Source: Verrucomicrobiota bacterium
Lineage (GTDB): Bacteria > Verrucomicrobiota > Verrucomicrobiia > Chthoniobacterales > UBA10450
Direction of reading: 5' to 3'
Assembly: GCA_041167265.1 (NCBI GenBank)
Contig: JBEEHG010000071.1
Location: forward strand, 10,617 to 74,616
Length of the DNA: 64,000 nt
Shown: positions 45,202 to 54,192 of the stretch, one piece after another
Numbering within the stretch: position 1 is the stretch's first letter
How the letters are laid out: every line of letters begins with the position of its first letter
The notes under the pieces: model-generated
Seen by the model: the letters and a program-made list of their open reading frames with translations, nothing else
What the model was told of the DNA's origin: nothing
The model's database searches: none
Translations under genes and position numbers: made by a program

Positions 45202-46215
45202 ATGAAAACGAAAACTATAATCCTAAGCCTGGCCGCAATCTCTGTTGCGTTATTCGCGGCTCTATTAATCTCGCGCCGCGGCGCCGGGCCGGTTTCAGCC
45301 GGATCACCGCCGGATGTCAATGCGCATAAGCAGCGAATCGCTCTGACCCTCGCATTTCGTCCCGGCGTGGCCGTCGATCTGGGCCTCCTCCAGGCCATTG
45401 AACGGGGCGATCTTGCGAAGCAAGGCTTTGATATCACTCTGAGGCCATACGGCCGGGCCGACCTTATCTTTGCGGCGTTCAAGTCAGGAGAGATTCAAGG
45501 CAGCCTCGGCATTCCTCTCGAACCGCTTTTGGATCAAGCCACGCACGGGGCATATCCATGCCGTGGCTTTCTCGTTTGGTATTTTGATGACAAAACACCG
45601 TATGATGGAATGATCGCGCGCGCCGACGGCGGCGTGACCACAATCGACGCATTACAAGGGAAAGCGGTCGGTTCCCATCCGTCGAAACAAGTCACCTTCT
45701 TCGTCTCTCGTCTCTTCCCTGATTGCTCGGTGAGGCCTTACAACCCGGCCGCGCCGTTGGCGTCTCTGGACTCGGGCGACATGTCGGCCGTCTACGCGTT
45801 GGAACCTTTTCTGAGCGTTGCTCAGACGAACCCGAAATACCGGGTATTAGAGACAAACCTAATCAGCAAGCGGATCTTCAATAATGCCCGCGTTCCGGCC
45901 GCCTTGTCGGTTCTATCTTCGGATTGGATGAACAGCCATCCGACCGAAAGCGCCGCGTTTGTTCGTCTCGCGCGCGCTGCGTACCTCGCCGACGTAAACC
46001 ACCGCGATCAACAATTGGTCGTGAAGATCCTGACCGAGCCACGGTTCGGATTGGCTCCGGACGTTGCCGCGAAGGTCGTGGAACCGGCTTCCTCGCTTCC
46101 GGAGGATTTAGACAAGACTCAATTCACGCAGTTTGCCACGGCCCTAAAGGACGGAGGATTGCTTTCTGGGGACGTTGCTCTCGAAAAGTTGTTGTACGCG
46201 CCGCCAGCCAAGTAG
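45202..46215 (+). CDS. ABC transporter substrate-binding protein, NMT1/SsuA/TauA-like (NitT/TauT family)
   Basis: N-terminal membrane anchor or signal sequence and a periplasmic binding-protein-like sequence. Followed by the cognate ATPase and permease genes. Confidence 0.7.
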   Translation: MKTKTIILSLAAISVALFAALLISRRGAGPVSAGSPPDVNAHKQRIALTLAFRPGVAVDLGLLQAIERGDLAKQGFDITLRPYGRADLIFAAFKSGEIQGSLGIPLEPLLDQATHGAYPCRGFLVWYFDDKTPYDGMIARADGGVTTIDALQGKAVGSHPSKQVTFFVSRLFPDCSVRPYNPAAPLASLDSGDMSAVYALEPFLSVAQTNPKYRVLETNLISKRIFNNARVPAALSVLSSDWMNSHPTESAAFVRLARAAYLADVNHRDQQLVVKILTEPRFGLAPDVAAKVVEPASSLPEDLDKTQFTQFATALKDGGLLSGDVALEKLLYAPPAK

Positions 46216-46221
46216 TCGAAA

Positions 46222-46998
46222 ATGGATATTATTAAAGTCGAGAACGTTGCGAAAACGTTCCGGGGCGCTAATGGCAAAACCGTAGAGGTCTTACAGTCGG
46301 TATCTTTTGCCATTCCTGGACCAGCCATGGTGGGACTCCTCGGCCCCAATGGCGTTGGAAAATCTGTTACCTTGCGAATTCTTGCAGGATTACTGGAGCC
46401 GGACGCCGGGATTGTAACCATCAATGGCAAGCCACCGCACGATGGCCGGATCGGATTTGCACCTGCATCTAGTCCAGTTTTTTCTTGGCGCCGTGCGATA
46501 AACGACATTGCGATTGGGATGGAGCAAACCGGTATTTCGCGGAAGGAAAGGCATCGGCATGTGACCCAGTTCATGAATCGGTTTTCGATCGACCTCCCGC
46601 TCAACGAGCGGATTAATGGATTCAGCTCCGGCCAGAGGCAAATTGCCAATTTTGCTCGCGCCTTCGTTGGTCCGCACCCGCCAGCTGTAATCATCCTCGA
46701 CGAACCCTTGGCGGCCTTGTCCCCGACGGTTCGCGAGGAGGTGCTCCGCTACCTCGGCTCGGTCAGGGAATCTATGCTGGGCGTTGTATTCATCGCGGTC
46801 CATTCGCTTCTCGATGCCGCTCGTCTTTGCGACTGGCTCATTCCCCTCAAGCAACGGCCGGTCACGATAAACCAGAACGACCTAATCCGTGTGAATATGC
46901 CGGCTCCCCGTTCTCAAAGTCTCGCGACGTCGTCGGAATTCCAACAATTGCTCAAGCAGATGGAAACCATTTATCCAGCAATGGCTCCGACGGTATGA
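46222..46998 (+). CDS. ABC transporter ATP-binding protein (NitT/TauT-type)
   Basis: Walker A GPNGVGKS, signature FSSGQRQ and Walker B VIILDEP. Confidence 0.85.
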   Translation: MDIIKVENVAKTFRGANGKTVEVLQSVSFAIPGPAMVGLLGPNGVGKSVTLRILAGLLEPDAGIVTINGKPPHDGRIGFAPASSPVFSWRRAINDIAIGMEQTGISRKERHRHVTQFMNRFSIDLPLNERINGFSSGQRQIANFARAFVGPHPPAVIILDEPLAALSPTVREEVLRYLGSVRESMLGVVFIAVHSLLDAARLCDWLIPLKQRPVTINQNDLIRVNMPAPRSQSLATSSEFQQLLKQMETIYPAMAPTV

Positions 46999-47753
46999 GT
47001 TTCGCGACCCTTAGGGCCAAATTCGGTCTGTCGATCCTCGGAGTTGTAACCACGTTGTTGATATGGCAGGCAGTCGCATTTGCGGCCGGTGACGCTGGGA
47101 CGCTGCCCGGACCCGTGGCAACGGTAATTGCAGCGTGGAAACTGCTCATCGGCGGATATTGGCGAGACCTGCTCGCGACATCGACCCGCGCCTGTGTTGC
47201 TTTATTGTTGGCACTGGTGGTCGGCGTTCCCAGTGGACTGGTTCTAGGCTGGTCTCAGAGACTCTATGATTCCTTTCGCGGGGTTCTGAGCTTCCTGCGG
47301 TGCCTGCCAGCTTATTTGTTGATTGTCGTGTTCGCAGCCGTCGGTCATGGCGGCGAGACCGCTCGCATAGCGACTGCCGCACTGGCGAGCGCGTGGATAA
47401 TCACCGATGAATGCGCGGAATCGTTACGCACTTTGCCCAGCGACCGAATTGACGTGTTGCGAGCATTACGCGCGGGCAACTGGTTCATTCTCTCGCGAGC
47501 CTTGTTCTTCGAGGCGTTAGGCCGAACAATTGTACCATCCGCAAAAACGGCCGTCGGCATCTGCTTTGTGGTGACGACAGTTGTTGAGGCTCTCGCCATT
47601 CCTCCGTACGGCGTGGGGGCGCGTCTCTTAAGCTTCTTTGCCGGGGCGGAACTGGCGCCGGTATTTGGATTCTTGTTGCTGACCGGTCTGGCAGGCGTCG
47701 TATTGAGCGCTGTAGTACATGGCACGGCGCGGAAGATTATTTTTTGGTCGTGA
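46995..47753 (+). CDS. ABC transporter permease (NitT/TauT-type)
   Basis: The ATG at 46995 overlaps the ATPase stop (ATGA). About 6 TM helices. Confidence 0.8.
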   Translation: MSFATLRAKFGLSILGVVTTLLIWQAVAFAAGDAGTLPGPVATVIAAWKLLIGGYWRDLLATSTRACVALLLALVVGVPSGLVLGWSQRLYDSFRGVLSFLRCLPAYLLIVVFAAVGHGGETARIATAALASAWIITDECAESLRTLPSDRIDVLRALRAGNWFILSRALFFEALGRTIVPSAKTAVGICFVVTTVVEALAIPPYGVGARLLSFFAGAELAPVFGFLLLTGLAGVVLSAVVHGTARKIIFWS

Positions 47754-47809
47754 GTTCTTTGCGAAAACGGCATTCACATCCTTTTTGGCTAGGCCAGTGC
47801 GGGACGCCC

Positions 47810-48175
47810 TTGAGATTTGTTCTCTTTGAACACGTTCTCCCTTTCGGCCCCCCCCATTTTGACTTGATGCTCGAGATGGGGCCGCGTCGCAGGCTTTGGG
47901 GACTACAGACCACATCCGATCCGACTGTGAGCCGGCCCGTTACTGACTGGCAGAATCATGGCACTCATCGCCGCCGGTATTTATCCTTTGAAGGCGACAT
48001 CGGGCAGGGCAGGGGATCAGTAAGAATAATGGACGCGGGCCGGTACGTTGCCAAAATCAGCGGAGAGGGTATCCGAATAGAGTTCGCAGGACGCTTAGGA
48101 CGGCGATCATTCGAAATATTTCCCAACAGTTCTGAAAGTCACTTGCGGGCTCACTTCTCTGAAACGACGCACTAA
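47810..48175 (+). CDS. Stand-alone LigD_N-like (DNA ligase D 3'-phosphoesterase-like) domain protein
   Basis: RFVLFEH...PHFDLMLE...W...HRRRYLSFEGDIGQGRGSVRIMDAGRY. The start is uncertain (TTG at 47810, or TTG at 47744). Confidence 0.55.
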   Translation: MRFVLFEHVLPFGPPHFDLMLEMGPRRRLWGLQTTSDPTVSRPVTDWQNHGTHRRRYLSFEGDIGQGRGSVRIMDAGRYVAKISGEGIRIEFAGRLGRRSFEIFPNSSESHLRAHFSETTH

Positions 48176-48482
48176 GGCGGGCTAGTGCTCCAGGTGTCCG
48201 GACATGAAGGTCCAGAGTGATCATCACAGGGCGCGTATCATTGCTTTACGGGAATCGGCACCCCCTTGGGGGGCTGCCCCGTCGGGCCACCGTCACTGAT
48301 CTCTCGGCGGCGATCAGGAAACCCCCTTGATCATCTTCTCCCGGTCAACTCAGGCTACCGAAATTGGTGCGAGGGGGGAAACGGGGGCCATACGGAAATC
48401 TGCGCCAGGTCAGGTGTACGAGTGCTTCAAAAACATTTTTCTCTAACTAATTGCGGCGAAAGCCCCCTTTGGCTTCCCTTCG

Positions 48483-48694
48483 CCCCAAAAAGAGCGGCGC
48501 GACTCCCCAAAAAGGGGAATCTCCAGGAAGCCGGATCCCAAAACGCACCCTCAAAGAGCCACCGCTTTCCAAAGGGAATCCCCAAGTGCGAGCACGCCCC
48601 AAAAGAGAGCCCCGAAAAACTGGCTCCCGAAAAGGCATCCCCAAAACACGCTCCCCAAAAAGGGAACCCCAAAAGACGTCGAGCTTCCCCAAAA
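48483..48694. repeat. Array of about 12 degenerate CCCC(A/G)AAA(A)G short repeats (iteron- or centromere-like)
   Basis: Copies start near 48483, 48505, 48537, 48580, 48597, 48610, 48626, 48639, 48653, 48667 and 48687. The last eight are spaced 13-20 bp apart, mostly 14 bp. Confidence 0.8.
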
Positions 48695-48696
48695 CC

Positions 48697-48710
48697 CCGC
48701 CCCGGGGCGG
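48697..48710. repeat. Perfect 14-bp GC-rich palindrome CCGCCCCGGGGCGG closing the repeat array
   Basis: Read directly from the sequence; it is self-complementary. Confidence 0.85.
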
Positions 48711-48907
48711 CTCAATCGTTAACCCATAAGTCTTTTGCACCAAATCGCCGGGGGCGGCGAGATAGCGATCTCCTTGGCCGTCCGAGACGCGCGAAATGAC
48801 GTAAATGCTTATTCAAAAGGGTCTTACTCTCGATGGGCGAGGATAGATGAAGAAATCCCTCCGTTGTCTTCGCGCAAAAAAAAGCGTCGCAAGTTCAGTT
48901 TTTTCCT

Positions 48908-49348
48908 TTGCTGCGGCGCTTTTTGACCAAGAAGACCAACGTGACAGCGGTATACATAAAACCCCTGACCTCAGCCGAAACCGGAGGGGCTCCGTACATA
49001 CGGGCGAAGGTGGCAGCGAAAGCCACCGGTCTTGGGCTAAGCACCATCAGGCGCATTGGAACCCGCCGGTTCGGAAACGCGGACTACGTCCGAGTCCGCG
49101 ACATCAACGCGTTCATCGTTGGAGAAATACCAGACGAGATTGCGGGAGCTGGCGAGCGACACGTGACCGTAAATCCCCCTGACGAATCCGTTCTCCCTTC
49201 GTCACTGACTCAGGCGGGAAATCCCCCTTTTTCGAATTTTTCCCAAGTGGTGCCCCCCAAGGACAACAAAAAAAACCCCAAAACAGTGCAACCGGCAGAG
49301 CTCAGTCGGCGGCATCACACCAACGCAGGGGCGACCCTGAAGAGCTAA
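48908..49348 (+). CDS. Putative excisionase/MerR-like HTH DNA-binding protein (start uncertain)
   Basis: YIRAKVAAKATGLGLSTIRRIGTRRFGNADYVRVRDINAFI resembles Xis/AlpA-type HTH proteins. The track start is TTG. Confidence 0.45.
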   Translation: MLRRFLTKKTNVTAVYIKPLTSAETGGAPYIRAKVAAKATGLGLSTIRRIGTRRFGNADYVRVRDINAFIVGEIPDEIAGAGERHVTVNPPDESVLPSSLTQAGNPPFSNFSQVVPPKDNKKNPKTVQPAELSRRHHTNAGATLKS

Positions 49349-49369
49349 AACACCTAGAAAGAAACAACC

Positions 49370-49657
49370 ATGGAGACTGAAACCAAAAAAATCACTGAGG
49401 TGACCGGGACCAAACGAATAATGGTCAACAACCTCGACTATGTAAAAGTGGGCATGGCGGAACTTGTCGAACCGTTCTCCAAATACGGGCAAATCAAGGA
49501 AGCGTTCCTGTCAAAACCAACGGCGGCGGGGAACAAAAATGCCGGCTGGGCAATACTCGTCGTAGATGACGAGACCGCCGATAAGATTCTCGGCGCCACC
49601 ATCGTAATCGCCAATCGGGTGGTCCGCGTCAGATTGGCGAAGCCAAAAGAGGAATAA
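49370..49657 (+). CDS. Single-domain RNA-recognition-motif (RRM) protein
   Basis: 95 aa with RNP2-like IMVNNL and RNP1-like NAGWAILVV. The overall beta-alpha-beta-beta-alpha-beta length fits an RRM. Confidence 0.55.
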   Translation: METETKKITEVTGTKRIMVNNLDYVKVGMAELVEPFSKYGQIKEAFLSKPTAAGNKNAGWAILVVDDETADKILGATIVIANRVVRVRLAKPKEE

Positions 49658-49862
49658 CCCAGGAACAGCCAGCTTCCGGCGGGCGATGGGGCCCGCCGGA
49701 GGCTGGCCGTCGCCACGCAGCCCACATTCCGGGAAAAGGCCGACTCATGACATTGTCAACCCCTCGCCGCCCCGACGGCAAGGACAACCGGGAAGTCTGC
49801 GAATGAAGATCGGCGCAGAAAACACCTCCCTGCCGGCAAAGGGGGGCAAGGGAAAACAGCGG

Positions 49863-50447
49863 ATGGCTCGCATCACGGCTAAGACCCTGGACTCTCTGTT
49901 GCCAAACGCCGCTGCCTCGTACCCGCGCCACAGCCACGCTGAACTGATTGAAAAGGGGTTAGAGGCGCTGATGGGCAATCCGCAGCCAATCGTCTACTTC
50001 TGTGCACAAGACCCGGAGATCCAGATTCAGACAGCCGCCACACTCGCAGCATTCGAGCAACGGATCGAGAACAATGCGAAGGCTATAACCCGGGCGAAGT
50101 TCGCAGATGCAAAAGATCAGGAAGCCGGACGAGAAGCCGCAAAAGCATTGCTCGTCCTAAAAGATGATATTCGGAAGAGCGTTAAGGGAATCAGCGAAGA
50201 CGCGAATCAATTCCGGAATCTGGTGGCAACGCTGTCACCGTTATTGCCGATCGCCGAACAGGGCCTTAAACGCTGGCTCGATTTTGTCCAAGATATCAAG
50301 AAAAGGGAGGCCGCCTATAGGAGCAATGGGGAGCAGGCAAGAGCGGACGCGCAAAATGAATTCGCTCAGCAAATTCTAAAGGAAACCTCCGCGCTTCAGG
50401 AAATCATGCGAGCGCTAACCCCCGCGGACGGCCCGCCATCGCCATGA
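49863..50447 (+). CDS. Alpha-helical hypothetical protein (start uncertain: 49686, 49803 or 49863)
   Basis: The ORF ends in an ATGA overlap with the next gene. Helical, charged sequence. Confidence 0.5.
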   Translation: MARITAKTLDSLLPNAAASYPRHSHAELIEKGLEALMGNPQPIVYFCAQDPEIQIQTAATLAAFEQRIENNAKAITRAKFADAKDQEAGREAAKALLVLKDDIRKSVKGISEDANQFRNLVATLSPLLPIAEQGLKRWLDFVQDIKKREAAYRSNGEQARADAQNEFAQQILKETSALQEIMRALTPADGPPSP

Positions 50448-51328
50448 TGAAGCTGGCTGATCTCCCTTTGGAAATTCTGCAAAGGCTGGATGGGTTGTGG
50501 GGACGAATCCGGTATCAGGTCGACAAGGAGGACAAAGATCACGAAAAGAAAATTCTCCATACCCCAGGAAACTATAACTGCGTAGACCAGACCCCGGCCG
50601 CGTTCGCGGCGGCGGTCCTTCGGAACGCCGCCCGTTATTGGGAGAGCCGGAAAGGAAAGGTCGGGAAACGCACTTCGATTATTTTTCACGAATTCATCTA
50701 TTCGTCGTCGGAGGCGGCCTTCTTGTCGAAAACGGAACGCGCCGCAATCGGGGCAGAGATTGTTTCGCTCTTTCCCGACGTTCCCATCCGGCTGGCCTGG
50801 CACGAAGACCCCGTGACCGGGAGAAGCGACTTGCACGTTTTGTTCGGTTATCACACCGAGGAAAATCCCCCCCGAGTCTTGCTCAGCGCCCGTTATGGAG
50901 CCGGAAAACGCTCCTTTTCATTTACCGCATTCATTACCGAAAAACGGATCAACGAGAGCTTGAATCAAGCGCGAGGCCCGATCGAGAACCGGCTCGTCAC
51001 CACCGCCGAGGTTGGCCGGGAACGTCGTCCCAAACGAAACCGCGAAAAGCAGACTCCAGCAGACATCCTGATCACGATTCTTGGGCCGGATTGGGATGGG
51101 GAGCGGAAAAACCTGATCCCCATCCTGAGAAAGAAAAAGATCGCCGTGACTCGTCATAACGACGAGTTCTTGAGCGTGGTCCTGCCCGGCCGCAAGAGGG
51201 CGGTTCGCCTCTATCTGGACGAACTCGTTCAGGCATATGACCGCGCTAAACAGCGGCAAATTGCGGCGGCCAAAACGGCCGCCAGAAAGAAGAGACAGCT
51301 CGGCAGCCAGGCGGCTGACGACCTGTAA
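50444..51328 (+). CDS. Hypothetical protein, weakly relaxase/mobilisation-nuclease-like
   Basis: AWHEDPVTGRSDLHVLF resembles an HxD...HxH relaxase metal motif, but one His is missing. Basic C-terminal tail. The call is weak. Confidence 0.35.
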   Translation: MMKLADLPLEILQRLDGLWGRIRYQVDKEDKDHEKKILHTPGNYNCVDQTPAAFAAAVLRNAARYWESRKGKVGKRTSIIFHEFIYSSSEAAFLSKTERAAIGAEIVSLFPDVPIRLAWHEDPVTGRSDLHVLFGYHTEENPPRVLLSARYGAGKRSFSFTAFITEKRINESLNQARGPIENRLVTTAEVGRERRPKRNREKQTPADILITILGPDWDGERKNLIPILRKKKIAVTRHNDEFLSVVLPGRKRAVRLYLDELVQAYDRAKQRQIAAAKTAARKKRQLGSQAADDL

Positions 51329-51383
51329 ACGGTTGCGTCAACGAATGGTAAACCATCTCGTTAACGTCGAAACGTACCAGGCA

Positions 51384-51478
51384 GTTATATCCCGTAAACA
51401 AAAGCGTAAACGCTTTGTTGACCGGTTCGTTTACACGAACCTCGGGATATAACAGCCATGGTTAGGGTCGACCCCTAA
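51384..51478. repeat. Cluster of inverted repeats (candidate oriT or regulatory structure)
   Basis: An 11-bp perfect IR, GTTATATCCCG (51384-94) with CGGGATATAAC (51443-53), encloses GGTTCG-TTTACA-CGAACC. A TTAGGG-TCGA-CCCCTAA near-palindrome follows at about 51462-78. Confidence 0.6.
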
Positions 51479-51956
51479 GACCCGCAGCCACGCTCGAAGA
51501 CGCTCGCTGGTTGAAGGCGCCAAAGCTAGTCGCGGCGCAGACGCATTTGCGCCCGTCCGTCCGCTCGCGATGCTACGAAAAGACAGCCGGACGGTCGTAG
51601 AACGCGCGCAACCTCACCAGCAATTGGACCCGCCCAAAAGCTGCGATCCGGCTTGAGACTTGGCAAGGCCGGATGCGGTCGTGCCGCAAATTGACGTCCC
51701 GTGCTCCCCGGGCCGTCCAACCAAAATCGCGGCCCGAAACGCCAACCCGAGCGGGGAAGTCTAAACACCGTCAGAAATGGAAATGCCTGTGCTGGCCTCA
51801 GTGCGGAGGGTTGCCGCGCTGGCGCACGGCAACGCTGGCAGGGCTTGTTTCAATTTGCCTCCCGTTCTTCGACCTGTCCTGGGTTTCTTGCCTGCTTGCA
51901 TCTTGGGATTGGTTCGCCGCCGACTGGCGCTCAAGCCGGAAAACATCGAAATCCCA

Positions 51957-52277
51957 ATGGAAAACACAACATCAAACAAACAGAGAACCTTTCTTTCAAC
52001 AGACGGCTTGGTTCGTATCACAACCACAACGCGACCGCGGCGCTGGCCACCACACTCCTTCCCCGTCGTCATCGTCACGCTAAAACCCCGAAAAGGAACA
52101 CGTATCCTGCCCTTGCCTGAAGCCGGGGTAGAATGGATGCCGCGGTACAGCGAAGTCCTGTCGCTGCTTTTGCAAATGGGGTTAACCGTAACCACAGCGC
52201 CGTCGGACAAACCAGAAGCGCGGCGTCTGCGATTCGAAAAACTCAACGCCTGGCGACACCGGAGGAATCGCCGATGA
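51957..52277 (+). CDS. Small hypothetical protein
   Basis: The stop overlaps the AAA+ ATPase ATG (ATGA at 52274-77). The start is uncertain (ATG at 51957 or upstream at 51777). Confidence 0.4.
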   Translation: MENTTSNKQRTFLSTDGLVRITTTTRPRRWPPHSFPVVIVTLKPRKGTRILPLPEAGVEWMPRYSEVLSLLLQMGLTVTTAPSDKPEARRLRFEKLNAWRHRRNRR

Positions 52278-53179
52278 ACAGTGCAGCCCGACCGGCTCGA
52301 TACCAACTCTCAGCCTTCCACGAGCTGCGCGAGTTAGCGGCCGACTACTACGACTTTGATTGGCGATCCCTCCCAGTGTCACCGCGAATGAACGTTCTCC
52401 TCTGTTCGGGAACCGGTACCGGGAAAACATTCCTATCAGCACACCTGGCACGCGAGCTGGGAATCCCACGCCTGCTCTTAACATTCGGAAATTGGATTGT
52501 GAGTGGTGCGCGCGCTCGGGGAGGACTCCAGACGTTGCCACTGTTGTATAGTTTCATCGACCGATACGAACGAGGAATCATCGCGCTCGACGAAATCGAC
52601 AAGATCGCTTCCCCAGACGGGACAGGCGAGTGGACGCGAGCCGTCCAGTTGGAAATATTTTCTGTCTTGGACAAGGTCGTCTTGCCCGGGATCGTGGAAG
52701 CCGGACAGCACGGCGAGGACGGGCCACTATTTACACTGAGGCGAGAGGACATCGAGCGCCGGTTCGCTCGGGGCTACTTCATCGTCGGTAGCGGGGCGTG
52801 GGAGCACCTATGGCGCGCGCCAAGCGCGGCTGGCTTCATCCCGCCTTCCAATGCCGCTCAGCGGCCGACATACGACCAGCTCTTGCAAACGATTCCGGCA
52901 GAAATTCTGAACCGATTTCGCGGAGAAGTTTTATACCTAGGACCGTTGACTAAGGCAGACTACGAATCTCTCCTTGAGGAGACGTTGCATCGCCTTCCGC
53001 AGGAATTCGCGCCGTTCGTTCAAGACGGGGCAGCAAAATCGCTGAATGAAGCGGTTCGGACGCAAAGAGGGTATCGTTGGATCGAGGAATTGGTTGCGAC
53101 AGCGATTCGCGCTGTCCGGACCTGTCAACTCAACAAGCTTCAAATAGGGCCAGCGCGTGAAATGCTCGATCCGAGTTGA
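52274..53179 (+). CDS. AAA+ family ATPase
   Basis: GGAGGA Shine-Dalgarno 8 nt upstream of the ATG at 52274. Walker A CSGTGTGKT and Walker B IIALDEIDK. Confidence 0.8.
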   Translation: MNSAARPARYQLSAFHELRELAADYYDFDWRSLPVSPRMNVLLCSGTGTGKTFLSAHLARELGIPRLLLTFGNWIVSGARARGGLQTLPLLYSFIDRYERGIIALDEIDKIASPDGTGEWTRAVQLEIFSVLDKVVLPGIVEAGQHGEDGPLFTLRREDIERRFARGYFIVGSGAWEHLWRAPSAAGFIPPSNAAQRPTYDQLLQTIPAEILNRFRGEVLYLGPLTKADYESLLEETLHRLPQEFAPFVQDGAAKSLNEAVRTQRGYRWIEELVATAIRAVRTCQLNKLQIGPAREMLDPS

Positions 53180-53335
53180 ACTGAGGGCGGCTTTGCCGAC
53201 GCCAACACGCAAGTCTGCTCCTTCTTCGAATGACACAGTTGATAGAATTGTCGCTAGTTCCGAGCGGTACGCATTTGCCTGTCGGCCAGATGCGCTGGCA
53301 CCTCTTCACTGTTCCAATCTGGGATAGTCGAGTAC

Positions 53336-53878
53336 ATGAAATGTGAACCGCCAGAACAAAAACAGATTGGAGTCTTCCTGCGGGATAGCTCGCATCCCTT
53401 TCGGCCTTACGGCGCTTGTGTCATCCGCATGCAACCGCTTTCCAATTCGCGGGTCGTGTCGATAGATTCACACGCTTTGCGTATAGCCTTTGTTGCTTCG
53501 GAGGTGCGGATTCTTGCCGCCGCGATGAATCGCGCGCATCCGCGTCTACGGACTGACCTGAAGACGCCGATCTACGATGTGAACCGCGGTTACGTTCCGG
53601 GCAAACGGGACGTTCCATTTCTCATCGCGCTCGCGGCGCCCGATAGAACGGTGAAGATAGGAATTGAGACGGTAGCCTCGGTCAGACATCCCGTCGTGGA
53701 GCTCCGATGGAAGGCTGGATCGGCGGTTCGAAAAGCCGGAGCTCACGTGCGATGGATGCCGACGTGGGCCGAGTTTAGAATTTTATACGCGGAGTTCTCG
53801 ATTCCGCCGCACTCCGCGCAAGCCGAAGCACCGTTCTCGAAAACTGTTCGGACGAAAAGCGCCGGACCATACCGATGA
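53336..53878 (+). CDS. Hypothetical protein
   Basis: A 180-aa ORF whose stop overlaps the next ATG (ATGA). No family recognised. Confidence 0.5.
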   Translation: MKCEPPEQKQIGVFLRDSSHPFRPYGACVIRMQPLSNSRVVSIDSHALRIAFVASEVRILAAAMNRAHPRLRTDLKTPIYDVNRGYVPGKRDVPFLIALAAPDRTVKIGIETVASVRHPVVELRWKAGSAVRKAGAHVRWMPTWAEFRILYAEFSIPPHSAQAEAPFSKTVRTKSAGPYR

Positions 53879-54192
53879 TCACGATCAACTTGGCTCCGCT
53901 GCACCCTGTGACCGTAGTCGCAAACGATCAGCGTCGATATCACTTTGCGCGCTTCATCGCGATGTCTGGGCGCTTCATGGTAGTTGAATTACGAAAGACT
54001 CCGGAGGACTCCGGCTTTTTGGTGACTCACGTCATTCTCGACCTCTTTGGTCTACTAGGCGTCGTTCGCGTCGGAACCGTCTCTATTCAGATCGACTGTG
54101 TTAACGTGTCGTTAACGGGAAAGCGCTTCTTACGATTGCAGCCGACGGACGCCCTAGCGCTTAAGATCCGAATTACACCCTCGCACAAGTAA
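53875..54192 (+). CDS. Hypothetical protein
   Basis: A 105-aa ORF, translationally coupled on both sides. Confidence 0.45.
   Translation: MITINLAPLHPVTVVANDQRRYHFARFIAMSGRFMVVELRKTPEDSGFLVTHVILDLFGLLGVVRVGTVSIQIDCVNVSLTGKRFLRLQPTDALALKIRITPSHK

Noticed and set aside
45202-47753. The idea that the NitT/TauT-type ABC importer is the exporter for the glycan or a dedicated sulfate/sulfonate supplier for the PAPS operon.
   Set aside because: The presence of a periplasmic binding protein indicates an importer, not a Wzm/Wzt-type exporter. It is separated from the cluster by the tRNA fragment and unrelated genes, and substrate specificity cannot be read from sequence.
48270-48285. A CCCCCTTGGGGGG hairpin as a terminator after the LigD_N-like gene.
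   Set aside because: The potential loop is only 2 nt, which is sterically implausible, and there is no U-tract. It is more likely part of the general C/G-run-rich character of this intergenic region.
48483-48694. A possible CRISPR array.
   Set aside because: The repeat units are only about 9-10 bp with 4-20 bp between them, far below CRISPR repeat and spacer sizes. No cas genes are seen.
48266-48799. A 177-aa plus-strand ORF, with overlapping ORFs 48451-48729 (+), 48427-48672 (-) and 48447-48743 (-), that encode Pro/Lys/Gly-rich repeats.
   Set aside because: All four are open only because the CCCCAAAAG repeat region lacks stop-forming triplets. The dominant 14-bp period is not a multiple of 3, and four mutually overlapping frames cannot all be coding. 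I treated the region as a non-coding repeat array.
51761-52306. A 181-aa minus-strand ORF, with 51673-52083 and 51701-52120 on the plus strand.
   Set aside because: The translations are Arg/Ser/Gly-rich. The alternative plus-strand frame (51957-52277) ends in an ATGA coupling with the Shine-Dalgarno-preceded AAA+ ATPase gene and was preferred, at low confidence.
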